Of a DNA stretch of 19,392 bases, positions 15,834 through 19,392 are shown in pieces. Source of the DNA: Coleofasciculus chthonoplastes F2-STO-03 (lineage in GTDB: Bacteria; Cyanobacteriota; Cyanobacteriia; Cyanobacteriales; Coleofasciculaceae); assembly GCA_040222015.1 (NCBI GenBank), contig JAVJWO010000025.1, forward strand, positions 1 to 19,392. The letters are read 5' to 3'. Position 1 is the stretch's first letter, and every line of letters starts with the position of its first letter. Below the pieces are notes generated by a model. It worked only from the letters and a program-made list of their open reading frames with translations. It did not search any database and was not told the DNA's origin. The translations under genes and the position numbers were made by a program.

Positions 15834-17507
15834 ATGAGTCAGTGGAAATCAGGGCAACCTATTAAACAGGGTAAATATATTATTGAACAACTTCTGGGCT
15901 GTGGCGGTTTTGGTGTCACCTACCGAGCAAAAGAGTCATCATCCGGTAAATTAGTCGCGATCAAAACGCTTAATATTTACCAGCAATTTAAACCTGATTT
16001 TAGCCAAATCCAGGAAAAGTTTCTGAATGAGGCACTCTGTTTAGCCCGATGTCACCATCCCCACATTGTTGAAGTTTATCCTCAATTGTTTCAAGAAGAT
16101 GGTGTATGGTGCATGGTGATGGACTATGTTGAGGGGCAAGATTTAGCCTCCTATCGTCAGAGTCGAGGGCAGTTATTAGAAGCTGAAGCTTTAGAGATAA
16201 TTGAGCAGGTGGGAGAAGCTCTGATTTATGTGCATCAGCAAGGTTTTTTACATCGAGATATTAAACCTAAAAATATTTTGCTGCGGCGGGATAGTTTATC
16301 AGTGGTTTTGATTGATTTTGGTTTAGCTCGTGAGTTTATTCCCGGTGAGGAACAAAGTCTGGCGAATTGGGGAACTGAATGTTTTGCGCCGATTGAACAG
16401 TATGAACGACGGGGGAATTTTGGCGCGTATACGGATGTTTATGCTTTGGCGGCTACTCTCTATTTTGTTCTCACGGGAGAGTTGCCTTATTCGGCGACAA
16501 TTCGCCAACGAGGAAATATTCCCTTAGTTCCGCCCAAACATCATAATCATAAAATTAGCGATCGCGTCAACAATGCGATTCTTAAAGGGATGGAAGTTGA
16601 ACCGCAAAATCGTCCGCAAACGGTTCAGGAATGGCTGATGCTGTTATCATCTCCTCAATTATCGGTGTTTCATTTTGAGGTGATTACTGTCGATACGAAA
16701 GGAGAAATTATTAATCGCTGTCACCAGGATGCCCACTATTTTGTTGAAGTGTTAGATGATGAGATTAGTCTAGAAATGATGGCCATTCCAGGGGGTGAAT
16801 TCCTGATGGGGTCTCCACAGCCGGAAGAAGGGCGTCGAGATACGGAAAATCCACAACATCTCGTTAAGTTATCATCATTTTATATGGGTAAATACCCAAT
16901 CACTCAAGCCCAATGGCAACTGGCTACCACTTTACCTGAAGTGAATCAAGCGCTCAATCCTAATCCATCCAGTTTGAAAGGAAAAAATCGACCAGTTGAA
17001 CAAATTTCTTGGAATGATGCAGTAGAATTCTGTGCCAGACTTTCCCAGAAAACGGGACGGATGTATCGTTTACCCAGTGAAGCAGAATGGGAATATGCTT
17101 GTCGGGCTGGCACAACAACACCTTTTTATTGTGGTGAAACGATTACCCCAGAATTAGCAAATTTTAACGGCAGTTTCACCTATGCGGCTGCGCCAAAAAG
17201 TATTTATCACCGCCAATCAACGGATGTGGGTAGTTTTCCACCCAATGCATTTGGGTTATACGATATGCATGGTAATGTTTGGGAATGGTGCGCTGACCTG
17301 TGGCACAGTAATTATAAAGGTGCGCCCTTAGATGGTAGACCATGGAATGGTGCGGAGAATAATCAATTTAGTTTTATGTCGCGCTTTCGGGTTTTACGCG
17401 GTGGTTCTTGGGTTAGTCGCCCTAAACAATGCCGTTGTGCCTCTCGTCTGAATGGGAATCTCGATGATTGGTCTTTGTTTAATTTCGGCTTGCGGGTTGT
17501 GTGTTAA
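15834..17507 (+). CDS. Ser/Thr protein kinase fused to a formylglycine-generating enzyme (FGE/SUMF1) family domain
   Basis: Kinase: LGCGGFGVTY, VAIK, LHRDIKPKNI, IDFGLAR, FAPIEQ. FGE domain: IPGGEFLMGS, PITQAQW, RLPSEAEWEYACRAG, PNAFGLYDMHGNVWEWC, RVLRGGSW, GLRVV. Start set at ATG 15834 (MSQWKSG). Confidence 0.92.
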   Translation: MSQWKSGQPIKQGKYIIEQLLGCGGFGVTYRAKESSSGKLVAIKTLNIYQQFKPDFSQIQEKFLNEALCLARCHHPHIVEVYPQLFQEDGVWCMVMDYVEGQDLASYRQSRGQLLEAEALEIIEQVGEALIYVHQQGFLHRDIKPKNILLRRDSLSVVLIDFGLAREFIPGEEQSLANWGTECFAPIEQYERRGNFGAYTDVYALAATLYFVLTGELPYSATIRQRGNIPLVPPKHHNHKISDRVNNAILKGMEVEPQNRPQTVQEWLMLLSSPQLSVFHFEVITVDTKGEIINRCHQDAHYFVEVLDDEISLEMMAIPGGEFLMGSPQPEEGRRDTENPQHLVKLSSFYMGKYPITQAQWQLATTLPEVNQALNPNPSSLKGKNRPVEQISWNDAVEFCARLSQKTGRMYRLPSEAEWEYACRAGTTTPFYCGETITPELANFNGSFTYAAAPKSIYHRQSTDVGSFPPNAFGLYDMHGNVWEWCADLWHSNYKGAPLDGRPWNGAENNQFSFMSRFRVLRGGSWVSRPKQCRCASRLNGNLDDWSLFNFGLRVVC

Positions 17508-17563
17508 CACTAAGTAGGTTGGTGGAAATAAACTTAACTAGATTAAATTTTGTAAAAGATATT

Positions 17564-17630
17564 GTCGGGTGGGCAAATTACGTTCATTTAACAATTTCAC
17601 CAAAAATTATATCCAGAAAGCCCACCCTAC
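17564..17630. repeat. GTAG-type REP-like inverted repeat
   Basis: GTCGGGTGGGC (17564-17574) and GCCCACCCTAC (17620-17630). Confidence 0.65.
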
Positions 17631-17786
17631 TCGCCGACTTTATCTTCTAAATCTCGAAAATCCGGAACTTGTGGGAAATTCTCACCACAACGACATCCCC
17701 AATCTACTCGCTCCCTCAAGCGCGATCGCAGGTAGTGAAATCCTTAAGGGAGTGGTTTCATTTTGGATGAGTAGAGTTGTGGTCAT
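17627..17786 (-). pseudogene. Probable Uma2-family endonuclease 5' stub joined at a HIP1 site to the 3' end of another gene
   Basis: AGGAAGGA RBS then ATG 17786 gives MTTTLLIQNETTPLRISLPAIA, resembling the N-terminus of cyanobacterial Uma2 proteins as I recall them; resemblance stops at GCGATCGC (17722-17729). Beyond it another frame reads RSRLRERVDWGCRCGENFPQVPDFRDLEDKVGE* (stop 17627-17629). Confidence 0.5.
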
Positions 17787-17854
17787 AGAAATATTCCTTC
17801 CTGCCAAGACGTGCACCTTCCATAATTGGTCGAGATGTCCTGTATCAAATGCAA

Positions 17855-18112
17855 TTACAGTTCATACTTCTTCCTTATCTCTTCCAGACTAATACCCTTT
17901 CCTTCCCTCAAACTGCTTCGAGCCTTTTCTATTCGCTTAAGGAACTGTGGATTCTGTAAAAGTAACTCTTCCCACCAATCTTCCGAGTCTTCTAAACCAA
18001 TTAGAAGACCAATTGCCATTCCCTCACGAGTAATAACGATATAATCCTTTTCAGCGACCTGTAAGTAACCCGGTAAATCCTGGCTTACTTCTTCAATTGA
18101 TACCTGTTTCAT
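17855..18112 (-). CDS. Type II antitoxin, Phd/YefM family
   Basis: MKQVSIEEVSQDLPGYL...IVITREGMAIGLLI Phd-like N-terminus, acidic C-terminal half ending GKGISLEEI; ATGA overlap with the toxin stop. Confidence 0.8.
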   Translation of the reverse strand: MKQVSIEEVSQDLPGYLQVAEKDYIVITREGMAIGLLIGLEDSEDWWEELLLQNPQFLKRIEKARSSLREGKGISLEEIRKKYEL

Positions 18113-18432
18113 AATTCTGGTCTCCCATACTCAGCTAACCACTTAATTGCTTCAGCCTTCTCTTTAACAGCAAGAATTTCTACTGTCCCAGTATCTACAG
18201 TGTAAATCACATCATAGAAGACTCGCAGATCATCAACCCGTAACCGATACTGAGGCTGGGCGATCGCTTTAAGACGCTTAATCCGACTCTTACTCAGCTT
18301 TTCGGGTTCATATCTCAGGTGTATCTCAATTGCATCTAAAACTTTGGCGCGATCGCTAGCTCTAACTATTCCAATATCCTCCTGTGCTTCAGGGGAAAAA
18401 ATTATATCGTATTTCACGATAACTTGACTCAA
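18109..18432 (-). CDS. Type II toxin, RelE/ParE family
   Basis: YDIIFSPEAQEDI, IKRLK, YRLRVDDLRVFYDV, VEILAV; 107 aa. Confidence 0.85.
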   Translation of the reverse strand: MSQVIVKYDIIFSPEAQEDIGIVRASDRAKVLDAIEIHLRYEPEKLSKSRIKRLKAIAQPQYRLRVDDLRVFYDVIYTVDTGTVEILAVKEKAEAIKWLAEYGRPEL

Positions 18433-18483
18433 TAAATTGATGATTTATATTTGATATTTGAGTAGGATACCATATCTATAAAA

Positions 18484-19092
18484 TTAACAAATAGGACGCT
18501 GACCGAGGGGAACTGCATGAATATATTCGCTACCTGAGGCGGGCCACCCCCGGCGGTAAGAGGCTTCTTCTGGCTTTCCCCAGCCCAGCTGAAGGATGAT
18601 TTCCAGCATCTGGGAGTTCCCATAATGTAAAAGGTTAACCCATTCGGTTCGCGATGCGATCGCGTCCACATCTTCAGGCTGAATTTGACGATAGTCTTTG
18701 CCGAGACGGATACTCAGGTAGAAGTCCATACCCGGAGTAACGTGTTGCCAAAACTCCAAGATTGAAGGTTTAGCCGCTTTGATAATCTCTACGTCACTGC
18801 TTAACGCCACTAACTGATCATGCACTGTCGGATAGCGCAATGTTTTTCCTTCGAGGGTTACCTGTCGCCAAACAATACCCGAAACCTGATGTTGTCGCTG
18901 GTAGTCGTGAACTGCTGCTTTAAAATCCCGATAGGCACTAAATTTTTGAATACCCTCAGATTTGAGAAATCGGTCAATCACCGGATTTCCCGATGCAGAC
19001 GCGGCTAGATTCAGACGCTGACCATTCATACAGGCGCGACGTTCCTCTGCCAAAATTTGGATCAGTTCCTCAGTGCTGTAGACCCGTGACAT
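18484..19092 (-). CDS. Hypothetical protein
   Basis: Protein-like ORF from ATG 19092 (MSRVYSTEELIQILAEERRAC); the extension to 19233 runs through a REP-like repeat and is probably not translated. Confidence 0.75.
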   Translation of the reverse strand: MSRVYSTEELIQILAEERRACMNGQRLNLAASASGNPVIDRFLKSEGIQKFSAYRDFKAAVHDYQRQHQVSGIVWRQVTLEGKTLRYPTVHDQLVALSSDVEIIKAAKPSILEFWQHVTPGMDFYLSIRLGKDYRQIQPEDVDAIASRTEWVNLLHYGNSQMLEIILQLGWGKPEEASYRRGWPASGSEYIHAVPLGQRPIC

Positions 19093-19137
19093 CAGATGTG
19101 CGATCGATCGTAGTAGATTGGGGCAGCAGGGGCGCTT

Positions 19138-19176
19138 GTAGAGACGTGCCATGGCGCGTCTTGCCATGGCGCGTCT
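19138..19176. repeat. GTAG-type REP-like palindrome with an internal 15-bp duplication
   Basis: GTAGAGACGTGCCATGGCGCGTCT followed by a second TGCCATGGCGCGTCT. Confidence 0.8.
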
Positions 19177-19247
19177 GGGAGCTGGGGAAATTGGAGTTAC
19201 TTTAATATTACTATTATGGATGTTCTTCCCCAAACTCCCTGATCTGG

Positions 19248-19391
19248 TTACTCTTGGCTTAATTCCGTATTAATCTCGTTAATCGGTCGCCGTTTTAACT
19301 CTGGTGATTCAGAACGGGGGAGTAAGTCAAAAACCTCCCGAAAGACATCATCGACTTTTTCATAGCTGACTTGTCCCCTTTCATTCAACCG
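19248..19391 (-). CDS. 3' end of a CDS entering from the right edge, product unknown
   Basis: Open frame RLNERGQVSYEKVDDVFREVFDLLPRSESPELKRRPINEINTELSQE* with TAA at 19250-19248. Confidence 0.6.
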   Translation of the reverse strand, partial: RLNERGQVSYEKVDDVFREVFDLLPRSESPELKRRPINEINTELSQE

Positions 19392-19392
19392 A

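Noticed and set aside
17511..17540. TAAGTAGGTTGGTGGAAATAAAC as a MITE terminus
   Set aside because: It resembles cyanobacterial miniature element ends, but no matching inverted partner was found in the window.
1408..19205. Short overlapping ORFs in the track (e.g. 1408, 3349, 5511, 6058, 6361, 6876, 7444, 9187, 9538, 10623, 10730, 10878, 11408, 11671, 11758, 13115, 14170, 14421, 16323, 16330, 17569, 17826, 18429, 18820, 18993)
   Set aside because: They are antisense or off-frame shadows of well-supported genes or run through repeats, with no family motifs.
19093..19233. RRAMARRAMAR peptide repeat in the 249-aa ORF
   Set aside because: It is the translation of a duplicated REP-like palindrome upstream of the likely start at 19092.

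Overview
Chromosomal window from a filamentous cyanobacterium, inferred from at least 16 exact HIP1 (GCGATCGC) octamers, heptamer STRR arrays and GTAG-initiated REP-like palindromes. Left (minus strand): an apparent operon of a coiled-coil protein, a large single-TM protein (disordered N-terminus, ~22-aa helical repeats, longin/roadblock-like segment, TM, two BON-like domains, OmpA_C), a Rab-like small GTPase, and a histidine kinase that appears internally deleted and 3'-truncated by an ISL3-like end. Upstream are four tandem secreted DUF928 paralogs. Middle (plus strand): a propeller-like/transglutaminase-like protein, hisA, a short IS200/IS605 right-end remnant supplying the hisA stop codon, and an IS607-family element with intact tnpA, internally deleted tnpB and a structured omegaRNA-like right end. 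Right: an FHA-Ser/Thr kinase, a kinase-FGE/SUMF1 fusion, a probable Uma2 gene stub cut at a HIP1 site, a toxin-first RelE/Phd pair, a hypothetical protein and a partial CDS. The best candidate for a poorly characterised system is the Rab-like GTPase / longin-like-TM-BON-OmpA / coiled-coil / kinase cassette. All family calls are by eye from motifs; no searches were run.
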